Below, one piece after another: positions 27,301 through 42,300 of a DNA stretch of 64,000 nucleotides. The notes under the pieces are model-generated. The model did not search any database and was not told the DNA's origin. It saw only the letters and a list, made by a program, of their open reading frames with translations. The position numbers were made by a program, and so were the translations under genes. The stretch lies in contig OZ024758.1 of the NCBI GenBank assembly GCA_964016885.1, positions 39,370,001 to 39,434,000 on the forward strand. The letters run 5' to 3'. Source of the DNA: Eledone cirrhosa. Lineage: Eukaryota. How positions within the stretch are numbered: position 1 is the first letter of the stretch; each line of letters begins with the position of its first letter.

Positions 27301-30300
27301 ACAGTGGAGTGACTTCTGACAGCTAATACCATGAACTTACATGAATTATCACCAACATTGGAGTTACTTCTTACAGCTAGTACCATGAACTTAAATGAAT
27401 TCTCACCAACAGTGGAGTTACTTCTGACAGCTAGTACCATGAACTTAAATGAATTCTCACCAACAGTGGAGTTACTTCTGACAGCTAATACCATGAACTT
27501 AAATGGATTCTCACCAACAGTGGAGTTCCTTCTGACAGCTAATACCATGAACTTAAATGAATTCTCACCAACATTGGAGTTACTTCTGACAGCTAGTACC
27601 ATGACTTAAATGAATTCTCACCAACATTGGAGTTACTTCTGACAACTAATACCATGACTTAAATGAATTCTCACCAACAGTGGAGTTACTTCTGACAAAC
27701 TAATACCATGAACTTAAATGAATTCTCACCAACAGTGGAGTTACTTCTGACAGCTAGTACCATGAACTTAAATGAATTCTCACCAACAGTGGAGTTCCTT
27801 CTGACAGCTAATACCATGAACTTAAATGAATTCTCACCAACAGTGGAGTTACTTCTGACAGCTAATACCATGAACTTAAATGAATTCTCACCAACATTGG
27901 TGTTACTTCTGACAGCTAGTACCATGAACTTAAATGAATTCTCACCAACAGTGGAATGACTTCTGACAGCTAATACCATGAACTTAAATGAATTCTCACC
28001 AACATTGGAGTGACATCTGACAGCTAATACCATGAACTTAAATGAATTCTCACCAACAGTGGAGTTACTTCTGACAGCTAGTACCATGAACTTAAATGAA
28101 TTCTCACCAACAGTGGAGTTACTTCTAACAGCTAATACCATGAACTTAAATGAATTCTCACCAACATTGGAGTTACTTCTGACAGCTAATACCATGACTT
28201 AAATGAATTCTCACCAACAGTGGAGTTACTTCTGTCAGCTAATACCATGAACTTAAATGAATTCTCACCAACATTGGAGTGACTTCTGACAGCTAATACC
28301 ATGAACTTAAATGAATTCTCACCAACATTGGGGTTACTTCTGACAGCTAGTACCATGAACTTAAATGAATTCTCACCAACAGTGGAGTGACTTCTGACAG
28401 CTAATACCATGAACTTACATGAATTATCACCAACATTGGAGTTACTTCTTACAGCTAGTACCATGAACTTAAATGAATTCTCACCAACATTGGAGTTACT
28501 TCTGACAGCTAGTACCATGACTTAAATGAATTCTCACCAACATTGGAGTTACTTCTGACAGCTAGTACCATGACTTAAATGAATTCTCACCAACAATGGA
28601 GTTACTTCTGACAGCTAATACCACGTATTAAATGAATTCTCACCAACAGTGGAGTTACTTCTGACAGCTAATACCATGAACTTAAATGAATTCTCAGCAA
28701 CAGTGGAGTTCCTTCTGACAGCTAATACCATGAACTTAAATGAATTCTCACCAACATTGGAGTGACTTCTGACAGCTAATACCATGAACTTAAATGAATT
28801 CTCACCAACATTGGGGTTACTTCTGACAGCTAGTACCATGAACTTAAATGAATTCTCACCAACAGTGGAGTGACTTCTGACAGCTAATACCATGAACTTA
28901 CATGAATTATCACCAACATTGGAGTTACTTCTGACAGCTAGTACCATGAACTTAAATGAATTCTCACCAACATTGGAGTTACTTCTGAAAACTAATACCA
29001 TGACTTAAATGAATTCTCACCAACAGTGGAGTTACTTCTGACAAACTAATACCATGAACTTAAATGAATTCTCACCAACAGTGGAGTTACTTCTGACAGC
29101 TAATACCATGAACTTAAATGAATTCTCACCAACAGTGGAGTTACTTCTAACAGCTAATACCATGAACTTAAATGAATTCTCACCAACATTGGAGTTACTT
29201 CTGACAGCTAATACCATGACTTAAATGAATTCTCACCAACAGTGGAGTTACTTCTGTCAGCTAATACCATGAACTTAAATGAATTCTCACCAACATTGGA
29301 GTTACTTCTGACAGCTAGTACCATGAACTTAAATGAATTCTCACCAACAGTGGAGTTACTTCTGACAGCTAATACCATGAACTTAAATGAATTCTCACCA
29401 ACAGTGGAGTTCCTTCTGACAGCTAATACCATGAACCTAAATGAATTCTCACCAACATTGGAGTTACTTCTGACAGCTAGTACCATGACTTAAATGAATT
29501 CTCACCAACATTGGAGTTACTTCTGACAACTAATACCATGACTTAAATGAATTCTCACCAACAGTGGAGTTACTTCTGACAAACTAATACCATGAACTTA
29601 AATGAATTCTCACCAACAGTGGAGTTACTTCTGACAGCTAGTACCATGAACTTAAATGAATTCTCACCAACAGTGGAGTTCCTTCTGACAGCTAATACCA
29701 TGAACTTAAATGAATTCTCACCAACAGTGGAGTTACTTCTGACAGCTAGTACCATGAACTTAAATGAATTCTCACCAACAGTGGAATGACTTCTGACAGC
29801 TAATACCATGAACTTAAATGAATTCTCACCAACATTGGAGTGACTTCTGACAGCTAATACCATGAACTTAAATGAATTCTCAGCAACAGTGGAGTTCCTT
29901 CTGACAGCTAATACCATGAACTTAAATGAATCCTCACCAACATTGGAGTTACTTCTGACAGCTAGTACCATGAACTTAAATGAATTCTCACCAACAGTGG
30001 AGTTACTTCTGACAGCTAATACCATGAACTTAAATGAATTCTCACCAACAGTGGAGTTAATTCTGACAGCTAGTACCATGAACTTAAATGAATTCTCACC
30101 AACAGTGGAGTTACTTCTGACAGCTAATACCATGAACTTAAATGAATTCTCACCAACATTGGAGTTACTTCTGACAGCTAGTACCATGACTTAAATGAAT
30201 TCTCACCAACATTGGAGTTACTTCTGACAGCTAGTACCATGACTTAAATGAATTCTCACCAACAATGGAGTTACTTCTGACAGCTAATACCACGTATTAA

Positions 30301-33300
30301 ATGAATTCTCACCAACAGTGGAGTTACTTCTGACAGCTAATACCATGAACTTAAATGAATTCTCAGCAACAGTGGAGTTCCTTCTGACAGCTAATACCAT
30401 GAACTTAAATGAATTCTCACCAACATTGGACTTACTTCTGACAGCTAGTACCATGAACTTAAATGAATTCTCACCAACAGTGGAGTTACTTCTGACAACT
30501 AATACCATGAACTTAAATGAATTCTCACCAACAGTGGCGTTCCTTCTGACAGCTAATACCATGAACTTAAATGAATTCTCACCAACAGTGGAGTTACTTC
30601 TGACAGCTAGTACCATGACTTAAATGAATTCTCACCAACATTGGAGTTCCTTCTGACAGCTAATACCATGAACTTAAATGAATTCTCACCAACAGTGGAG
30701 TTCCTTCTGACAGCTAATACCATGAACTTAAATGAATTCTCACCAACATTGGAGTTACTTCTGACAACTAATACCATGACTTAAATGAATTCTCACCAAC
30801 AGTGTAGTTACTTCTGACAAACTAATACCATGAACTTAAATGAATTCTCACCAACAGTGGAGTTACTTCTGACAGCTAATACCATGAACTTAAATGAATT
30901 CTCACCAACATTGGAGTGACTTCTGACAGCTAATACCATGAACTTAAATGAATTCTCACCAACATTGGGGTTACTTCTGACAGCTAATACCATGAACTTA
31001 AATGAATTCTCACCAACAGTGGAGTGACTTCTGACAGCTAATACCATGAACTTAAATGAATTCTCACCAACATTGGAGTGACTTCTGACAGCTAATACCA
31101 TGAACTTAAATGAATTCTCACCAACAGTGGAGTTACTTCTGACAGCTAGTACCATGAACCTAAATGAATTCTCACCAACAGTGGAGTTACTTCTGACAGC
31201 TAATACCATGAACTTAAATGAATTCTCAGCAACAGTGGAGTTCCTTCTGACAGCTAATACCATGAACTTAAATGAATTCTCACCAACATTGGAGTTACTT
31301 CTGACAGCTAGTACCATGAACTTAAATGAATTCTCACCAACAGCGGAGTTACTTCTGACAGCTAATACCATGAACTTAAATGAATTCTCACCAACAGTGG
31401 AGTTACTTCTGACAGCTAATACCATGAACTTAAATGAATTCTCACCAACATTGGAGTGACTTCTGACAGCTAATACCATGAACTTAAATGAATTCTCACC
31501 AACATTGGGGTTACTTCTGACAGCTAATACCATGAACTTAAATGAATTCTCACCAACAGTGGAGTGACTTCTGACAGCTAATACCATGAACTTAAATGAA
31601 TTCTCACCAACATTGGAGTGACTTCTGACAGCTAATACCATGAACTTAAATGAATTCTCACCAACAGTGGAGTTACTTCTGACAGCTAGTACCATGAACC
31701 TAAATGAATTCTCACCAACAGTGGAGTTACTTCTGACAGCTAATACCATGAACTTAAATGAATTATCAGCAACAGTGGAGTTCCTTCTGACAGCTAATAC
31801 CATGAACTTAAATGAATTCTCACCAACATTGGAGTTACTTCTGACAGCTAGTACCATGAAGTTAAATGAATTCTCACCAACAGTGGAGTTACTTCTGACA
31901 GCTAATACCATGAACTTAAATGAATTCTCAGCAACAGTGGAGTTCCTTCTGACAGCTAATACCATGAACTTAAATGAATTCTCACCAACATTGGAGTTAC
32001 TTCTGACAGCTAGTACCATGAACTTAAATGAATTCTCACCAACAGTGGAGTTACTTCTGACAGCTAGTACCATGACTTAAATGAATTCTCACCAACATTG
32101 GAGTTCCTTCTGACAGCTAATACCATGAACTTAAATGAATTCTCACCAACGGTGGAGTTACTTCTGACAGCTAATACCATGAACTTAAATGAATTCTCAC
32201 CAACAGTGGAGTTACTTCTGACAGCTAATACCATGAACTTAAATGAATTCTCACCAACAGTGGAGTTACTTCTGACAGCTAATACCATGAACTTAAATGA
32301 ATTCTCACCAACATTGGAGTGACTTCTGACAGCTAATACCATGAACTTAAATGAATTCTCACCAACATTGGGGTTACTTCTGACAGCTAGTACCATGAAC
32401 TTAAATGAATTCTCACCAACAGTGGAGTGACTTCTGACAGCTAATACCATGAACTTACATGAATTATCACCAACATTGGAGTTACTTCTTACAGCTAGTA
32501 CCATGAACTTAAATGAATTCTCACCAACATTGGAGTTACTTCTGAAAACTAATACCATGACTTAAATGAATTCTCACCAACAGTGGAGTTACTTCTGACA
32601 AACTAATACCATGAACTTAAATGAATTCTCACCAACAGTGGAGTTACTTCTGACAGCTAATACCATGAACTTAAATGAATTCTCACCAACAGTGGAGTTA
32701 CTTCTAACAGCTAATACCATGAACTTAAATGAATTCTCACCAACATTGGAGTTACTTCTGACAGCTAATACCATGACTTAAATGAATTCTCACCAACAGT
32801 GGAGTTACTTCTGTCAGCTAATACCATGAACTTAAATGAATTCTCACCAACATTGGAGTTACTTCTGACAGCTAGTACCATGAACTTAAATGAATTCTCA
32901 CCAACAGTGGAGTTACTTCTGACAGCTAATACCATGAACTTAAATGAATTCTCACCAACAGTGGAGTTCCTTCTGACAGCTAATACCATGAACTTAAATG
33001 AATTCTCACCAACATTGGAGTTACTTCTGACAGCTAGTACCATGACTTAAATGAATTCTCACCAACATTGGAGTTACTTCTGACAACTAATACCATGACT
33101 TAAATGAATTCTCACCAACAGTGGAGTTACTTCTGACAAACTAATACCATGAACTTAAATGAATTCTCACCAACATTGGTGTTACTTCTGACAGCTAGTA
33201 CCATGAACTTAAATGAATTCTCACCAACAGTGGAATGACTTCTGACAGCTAATACCATGAACTTAAATGAATTCTCACCAACATTGGAGTGACTTCTGAC

Positions 33301-36300
33301 AGCTAATACCATGAACTTAAATGAATTCTCACCAACAGTGGAGTTACTTCTGACAGCTAGTACCATGAACTTAAATGAATTCTCACCAACAGTGGAGTTA
33401 CTTCTGACAGCTAATACCATGAACTTAAATTAATTCTCACCATCAGTGGCGTTCCTTCTGACAGCTAATACCATGAACTTAAATGAATTCTCACCAACAG
33501 TGGAGTTACTTCTGACAGCTAGTACCATGACTTAAATGAATTCTCACCAACATTGGAGTTCCTTCTGACAGCTAATACCATGAACTTAAATGAATTCTCA
33601 CCAACAGTGGAGTTACTTCTGACAGCTAATACCATGAACTTAAATGAATTCTCACCAACAGTGGAGTTACTTCTGACAGCTAATACCATGAACTTAAATG
33701 AATTCTCACCAACAGTGGAGTTACTTCTGACAGCTAATACCATGAACTTAAATGAATTCTCACCAACATTGGAGTGACTTCTGACAGCTAATACCATGAA
33801 CTTAAATGAATTCTCACCAACAGTGGAGTTACTTCTAACAGCTAATACCATGAACTTAAATGAATTCTCACCAACATTGGAGTTACTTCTGACAGCTAAT
33901 ACCATGACTTAAATGAATTCTCACCAACAGTGGAGTTACTTCTGTCAGCTAATACCATGAACTTAAATGAATTCTCACCAACATTGGGGTTACTTCTGAC
34001 AGCTAGTACCATGAACTTAAATGAATTCTCACCAACAGTGGAGTGACTTCTGACAGCTAATACCATGAACTTACATGAATTATCACCAACATTGGAGTTA
34101 CTTCTGACAGCTAGTACCATGAACTTAAATGAATTCTCACCAACATTGGAGTTACTTCTGAAAACTAATACCATGACTTAAATGAATTCTCACCAACAGT
34201 GGAGTTACTTCTGACAAACTAATACCATGAACTTAAATGAATTCTCACCAACAGTGGAGTTACTTCTGACAGCTAATACCATGAACTTAAATGAATTCTC
34301 ACCAACAGTGGAGTTACTTCTAACAGCTAATACCATGAACTTAAATGAATTCTCACCAACATTGGAGTTACTTCTGACAGCTAATACCATGACTTAAATG
34401 AATTCTCACCAACAGTGGAGTTACTTCTGTCAGCTAATACCATGAACTTAAATGAATTCTCACCAACATTGGAGTGACTTCTGACAGCTAATACCATGAA
34501 CTTAAATGAATTCTCACCAACATTGGGGTTACTTCTGACAGCTAGTACCATGAACTTAAATGAATTCTCACCAACAGTGGAGTGACTTCTGACAGCTAAT
34601 ACCATGAACTTACATGAATTATCACCAACATTGGAGTTACTTCTTACAGCTAGTACCATGAACTTAAATGAATTCTCACCAACATTGGAGTTACTTCTGA
34701 CAGCTAATACCATGACTTAAATGAATTCTCACCAACAGTGGAGTTACTTCTGTCAGCTAATACCATGAACTTAAATGAATTCTCACCAACATTGGAGTGA
34801 CTTCTGACAGCTAATACCATGAACTTAAATGAATTCTCACCAACATTGGGGTTACTTCTGACAGCTAGTACCATGAACTTAAATGAATTCTCACCAACAG
34901 TGGAGTGACTTCTGACAGCTAATACCATGAACTTACATGAATTATCACCAACATTGGAGTTACTTCTTACAGCTAGTACCATGAACTTAAATGAATTCTC
35001 ACCAACAGTGGAGTTACTTCTGACAGCTAGTACCATGAACTTAAATGAATTCTCACCAACAGTGGAGTTACTTCTGACAGCTAATACCATGAACTTAAAT
35101 GGATTCTCACCAACAGTGGAGTTCCTTCTGACAGCTAATACCATGAACTTAAATGAATTCTCACCAACATTGGAGTTACTTCTGACAGCTAGTACCATGA
35201 CTTAAATGAATTCTCACCAACATTGGAGTTACTTCTGACAACTAATACCATGACTTAAATGAATTCTCACCAACAGTGGAGTTACTTCTGACAAACTAAT
35301 ACCATGAACTTAAATGAATTCTCACCAACAGTGGAGTTACTTCTGACAGCTAGTACCATGAACTTAAATGAATTCTCACCAACAGTGGAGTTCCTTCTGA
35401 CAGCTAATACCATGAACTTAAATGAATTCTCACCAACAGTGGAGTTACTTCTGACAGCTAATACCATGAACTTAAATGAATTCTCACCAACATTGGTGTT
35501 ACTTCTGACAGCTAGTACCATGAACTTAAATGAATTCTCACCAACAGTGGAATGACTTCTGACAGCTAATACCATGAACTTAAATGAATTCTCACCAACA
35601 TTGGAGTGACATCTGACAGCTAATACCATGAACTTAAATGAATTCTCACCAACAGTGGAGTTACTTCTGACAGCTAGTACCATGAACTTAAATGAATTCT
35701 CACCAACAGTGGAGTTACTTCTAACAGCTAATACCATGAACTTAAATGAATTCTCACCAACATTGGAGTTACTTCTGACAGCTAATACCATGACTTAAAT
35801 GAATTCTCACCAACAGTGGAGTTACTTCTGTCAGCTAATACCATGAACTTAAATGAATTCTCACCAACATTGGAGTGACTTCTGACAGCTAATACCATGA
35901 ACTTAAATGAATTCTCACCAACATTGGGGTTACTTCTGACAGCTAGTACCATGAACTTAAATGAATTCTCACCAACAGTGGAGTGACTTCTGACAGCTAA
36001 TACCATGAACTTACATGAATTATCACCAACATTGGAGTTACTTCTTACAGCTAGTACCATGAACTTAAATGAATTCTCACCAACATTGGAGTTACTTCTG
36101 ACAGCTAGTACCATGACTTAAATGAATTCTCACCAACATTGGAGTTACTTCTGACAGCTAGTACCATGACTTAAATGAATTCTCACCAACAATGGAGTTA
36201 CTTCTGACAGCTAATACCACGTATTAAATGAATTCTCACCAACAGTGGAGTTACTTCTGACAGCTAATACCATGAACTTAAATGAATTCTCAGCAACAGT

Positions 36301-36350
36301 GGAGTTCCTTCTGACAGCTAATACCATGAACTTAAATGAATTCTCACCAA
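21120..36350. repeat. Higher-order tandem duplication, period 7596 bp (141 monomers), 2 copies
   Basis: ORF pairs 21436/29032, 21974/29570, 22688/30284, 23212/30808, 24468/32064, 25531/33127, 27108/34704 and 28186/35782. Variants seen only in this pair: gaatcc (~22332/29928), cagcgg (~23745/31341) and gaagtt (~24262/31858). Confidence 0.93.
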
Positions 36351-39300
36351 CATTGGACTTACTTCTGACAGCTAGTACCATGAACTTAAATGAATTCTCA
36401 CCAACAGTGGAGTTACTTCTGACAACTAATACCATGAACTTAAATGAATTCTCACCAACAGTGGCGTTCCTTCTGACAGCTAATACCATGAACTTAAATG
36501 AATTCTCACCAACAGTGGAGTTACTTCTGACAGCTAGTACCATGACTTAAATGAATTCTCACCAACATTGGAGTTCCTTCTGACAGCTAATACCATGAAC
36601 TTAAATGAATTCTCACCAACAGTGGAGTTCCTTCTGACAGCTAATACCATGAACTTAAATGAATTCTCACCAACATTGGAGTTACTTCTGACAACTAATA
36701 CCATGACTTAAATGAATTCTCACCAACAGTGTAGTTACTTCTGACAAACTAATACCATGAACTTAAATGAATTCTCACCAACAGTGGAGTTACTTCTGAC
36801 AGCTAATACCATGAACTTAAATGAATTCTCACCAACATTGGAGTGACTTCTGACAGCTAATACCATGAACTTAAATGAATTCTCACCAACATTGGGGTTA
36901 CTTCTGACAGCTAATACCATGAACTTAAATGAATTCTCACCAACAGTGGAGTGACTTCTGACAGCTAATACCATGAACTTAAATGAATTCTCACCAACAT
37001 TGGAGTGACTTCTGACAGCTAATACCATGAACTTAAATGAATTCTCACCAACAGTGGAGTTACTTCTGACAGCTAGTACCATGAACCTAAATGAATTCTC
37101 ACCAACAGTGGAGTTACTTCTGACAGCTAATACCATGAACTTAAATGAATTCTCAGCAACAGTGGAGTTCCTTCTGACAGCTAATACCATGAACTTAAAT
37201 GAATTCTCAGCAACAGTGGAGTTCCTTCTGACAGCTAATACCATGAACTTAAATGAATTCTCACCAACATTGGAGTTACTTCTGACAGCTAGTACCATGA
37301 ACTTAAATGAATTCTCACCAACAGTGGAGTTACTTCTGACAGCTAATACCATGAACTTAAATGAATTCTCACCAACAGTGGAGTTACTTCTGACAGCTAA
37401 TACCATGAACTTAAATGAATTCTCACCAACATTGGAGTGACTTCTGACAGCTAATACCATGAACTTAAATGAATTCTCACCAACATTGGGGTTACTTCTG
37501 ACAGCTAATACCATGAACTTAAATGAATTCTCACCAACAGTGGAGTGACTTCTGACAGCTAATACCATGAACTTAAATGAATTCTCACCAACATTGGAGT
37601 GACTTCTGACAGCTAATACCATGAACTTAAATGAATTCTCACCAACAGTGGAGTTACTTCTGACAGCTAGTACCATGAACCTAAATGAATTCTCACCAAC
37701 AGTGGAGTTACTTCTGACAGCTAATACCATGAACTTAAATGAATTATCAGCAACAGTGGAGTTCCTTCTGACAGCTAATACCATGAACTTAAATGAATTC
37801 TCACCAACATTGGAGTTACTTCTGACAGCTAGTACCATGAACTTAAATGAATTCTCACCAACAGTGGAGTTACTTCTGACAGCTAATACCATGAACTTAA
37901 ATGAATTCTCAGCAACAGTGGAGTTCCTTCTGACAGCTAATACCATGAACTTAAATGAATTCTCACCAACATTGGAGTTACTTCTGACAGCTAGTACCAT
38001 GAACTTAAATGAATTCTCACCAACAGTGGAGTTACTTCTGACAGCTAGTACCATGACTTAAATGAATTCTCACCAACATTGGAGTTCCTTCTGACAGCTA
38101 ATACCATGAACTTAAATGAATTCTCACCAACGGTGGAGTTACTTCTGACAGCTAATACCATGAACTTAAATGAATTCTCACCAACAGTGGAGTTACTTCT
38201 GACAGCTAATACCATGAACTTAAATGAATTCTCACCAACAGTGGAGTTACTTCTGACAGCTAATACCATGAACTTAAATGAATTCTCACCAACATTGGAG
38301 TGACTTCTGACAGCTAATACCATGAACTTAAATGAATTCTCACCAACATTGGGGTTACTTCTGACAGCTAGTACCATGAACTTAAATGAATTCTCACCAA
38401 CAGTGGAGTGACTTCTGACAGCTAATACCATGAACTTACATGAATTATCACCAACATTGGAGTTACTTCTTACAGCTAGTACCATGAACTTAAATGAATT
38501 CTCACCAACATTGGAGTTACTTCTGAAAACTAATACCATGACTTAAATGAATTCTCACCAACAGTGGAGTTACTTCTGACAAACTAATACCATGAACTTA
38601 AATGAATTCTCACCAACAGTGGAGTTACTTCTGACAGCTAATACCATGAACTTAAATGAATTCTCACCAACAGTGGAGTTACTTCTAACAGCTAATACCA
38701 TGAACTTAAATGAATTCTCACCAACATTGGAGTTACTTCTGACAGCTAATACCATGACTTAAATGAATTCTCACCAACAGTGGAGTTACTTCTGTCAGCT
38801 AATACCATGAACTTAAATGAATTCTCACCAACATTGGAGTTACTTCTGACAGCTAGTACCATGAACTTAAATGAATTCTCACCAACAGTGGAGTTACTTC
38901 TGACAGCTAATACCATGAACTTAAATGAATTCTCACCAACAGTGGAGTTCCTTCTGACAGCTAATACCATGAACTTAAATGAATTCTCACCAACATTGGA
39001 GTTACTTCTGACAGCTAGTACCATGACTTAAATGAATTCTCACCAACATTGGAGTTACTTCTGACAACTAATACCATGACTTAAATGAATTCTCACCAAC
39101 AGTGGAGTTACTTCTTTCAAACTAATACCATGAACTTAAATGAATTCTCACCAACATTGGTGTTACTTCTGACAGCTAGTACCATGAACTTAAATGAATT
39201 CTCACCAACAGTGGAATGACTTCTGACAGCTAATACCATGAACTTAAATGAATTCTCACCAACATTGGAGTGACTTCTGACAGCTAATACCATGAACTTA

Positions 39301-42300
39301 AATGAATTCTCACCAACAGTGGAGTTACTTCTGACAGCTAGTACCATGAACTTAAATGAATTCTCACCAACAGTGGAGTTACTTCTGACAGCTAATACCA
39401 TGAACTTAAATTAATTCTCACCATCAGTGGCGTTCCTTCTGACAGCTAATACCATGAACTTAAATGAATTCTCACCAACAGTGGAGTTACTTCTGACAGC
39501 TAGTACCATGACTTAAATGAATTCTCACCAACATTGGAGTTCCTTCTGACAGCTAATACCATGAACTTAAATGAATTCTCACCAACAGTGGAGTTACTTC
39601 TGACAGCTAATACCATGAACTTAAATGAATTCTCACCAACAGTGGAGTTACTTCTGACAGCTAATACCATGAACTTAAATGAATTCTCACCAACAGTGGA
39701 GTTACTTCTGACAGCTAATACCATGAACTTAAATGAATTCTCACCAACATTGGAGTGACTTCTGACAGCTAATACCATGAACTTAAATGAATTCTCACCA
39801 ACAGTGGAGTTACTTCTAACAGCTAATACCATGAACTTAAATGAATTCTCACCAACATTGGAGTTACTTCTGACAGCTAATACCATGACTTAAATGAATT
39901 CTCACCAACAGTGGAGTTACTTCTGTCAGCTAATACCATGAACTTAAATGAATTCTCACCAACATTGGGGTTACTTCTGACAGCTAGTACCATGAACTTA
40001 AATGAATTCTCACCAACAGTGGAGTGACTTCTGACAGCTAATACCATGAACTTACATGAATTATCACCAACATTGGAGTTACTTCTGACAGCTAGTACCA
40101 TGAACTTAAATGAATTCTCACCAACATTGGAGTTACTTCTGAAAACTAATACCATGACTTAAATGAATTCTCACCAACAGTGGAGTTACTTCTGACAAAC
40201 TAATACCATGAACTTAAATGAATTCTCACCAACAGTGGAGTTACTTCTGACAGCTAATACCATGAACTTAAATGAATTCTCACCAACAGTGGAGTTACTT
40301 CTAACAGCTAATACCATGAACTTAAATGAATTCTCACCAACATTGGAGTTACTTCTGACAGCTAATACCATGACTTAAATGAATTCTCACCAACAGTGGA
40401 GTTACTTCTGTCAGCTAATACCATGAACTTAAATGAATTCTCACCAACATTGGAGTGACTTCTGACAGCTAATACCATGAACTTAAATGAATTCTCACCA
40501 ACATTGGGGTTACTTCTGACAGCTAGTACCATGAACTTAAATGAATTCTCACCAACAGTGGAGTGACTTCTGACAGCTAATACCATGAACTTACATGAAT
40601 TATCACCAACATTGGAGTTACTTCTTACAGCTAGTACCATGAACTTAAATGAATTCTCACCAACATTGGAGTTACTTCTGACAGCTAATACCATGACTTA
40701 AATGAATTCTCACCAACAGTGGAGTTACTTCTGTCAGCTAATACCATGAACTTAAATGAATTCTCACCAACATTGGAGTGACTTCTGACAGCTAATACCA
40801 TGAACTTAAATGAATTCTCACCAACATTGGGGTTACTTCTGACAGCTAGTACCATGAACTTAAATGAATTCTCACCAACAGTGGAGTGACTTCTGACAGC
40901 TAATACCATGAACTTACATGAATTATCACCAACATTGGAGTTACTTCTTACAGCTAGTACCATGAACTTAAATGAATTCTCACCAACAGTGGAGTTACTT
41001 CTGACAGCTAGTACCATGAACTTAAATGAATTCTCACCAACAGTGGAGTTACTTCTGACAGCTAATACCATGAACTTAAATGGATTCTCACCAACAGTGG
41101 AGTTCCTTCTGACAGCTAATACCATGAACTTAAATGAATTCTCACCAACATTGGAGTTACTTCTGACAGCTAGTACCATGACTTAAATGAATTCTCACCA
41201 ACATTGGAGTTACTTCTGACAACTAATACCATGACTTAAATGAATTCTCACCAACAGTGGAGTTACTTCTGACAAACTAATACCATGAACTTAAATGAAT
41301 TCTCACCAACAGTGGAGTTACTTCTGACAGCTAGTACCATGAACTTAAATGAATTCTCACCAACAGTGGAGTTCCTTCTGACAGCTAATACCATGAACTT
41401 AAATGAATTCTCACCAACAGTGGAGTTACTTCTGACAGCTAATACCATGAACTTAAATGAATTCTCACCAACATTGGTGTTACTTCTGACAGCTAGTACC
41501 ATGAACTTAAATGAATTCTCACCAACAGTGGAATGACTTCTGACAGCTAATACCATGAACTTAAATGAATTCTCACCAACATTGGAGTGACATCTGACAG
41601 CTAATACCATGAACTTAAATGAATTCTCACCAACAGTGGAGTTACTTCTGACAGCTAGTACCATGAACTTAAATGAATTCTCACCAACAGTGGAGTTACT
41701 TCTAACAGCTAATACCATGAACTTAAATGAATTCTCACCAACATTGGAGTTACTTCTGACAGCTAATACCATGACTTAAATGAATTCTCACCAACAGTGG
41801 AGTTACTTCTGTCAGCTAATACCATGAACTTAAATGAATTCTCACCAACATTGGAGTGACTTCTGACAGCTAATACCATGAACTTAAATGAATTCTCACA
41901 AACATTGGGGTTACTTCTGACAGCTAGTACCATGAACTTAAATGAATTCTCACCAACAGTGGAGTGACTTCTGACAGCTAATACCATGAACTTACATGAA
42001 TTATCACCAACATTGGAGTTACTTCTTACAGCTAGTACCATGAACTTAAATGAATTCTCACCAACATTGGAGTTACTTCTGACAGCTAGTACCATGACTT
42101 AAATGAATTCTCACCAACATTGGAGTTACTTCTGACAGCTAGTACCATGACTTAAATGAATTCTCACCAACAATGGAGTTACTTCTGACAGCTAATACCA
42201 CGTATTAAATGAATTCTCACCAACAGTGGAGTTACTTCTGACAGCTAATACCATGAACTTAAATGAATTCTCAGCAACAGTGGAGTTCCTTCTGACAGCT

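Noticed and set aside
36735-38054. Long minus-strand ORFs (up to 439 aa; also 421 and 349 aa) of MVLAVRSNSTVGENSFKF repeats as a repeat-protein gene
   Set aside because: The 54-bp monomer is divisible by 3 and happens to lack a stop in this frame. ORF ends coincide with recurrent 1-bp indels. There is no unique N- or C-terminal domain or gene context, and most variants change amino acids.
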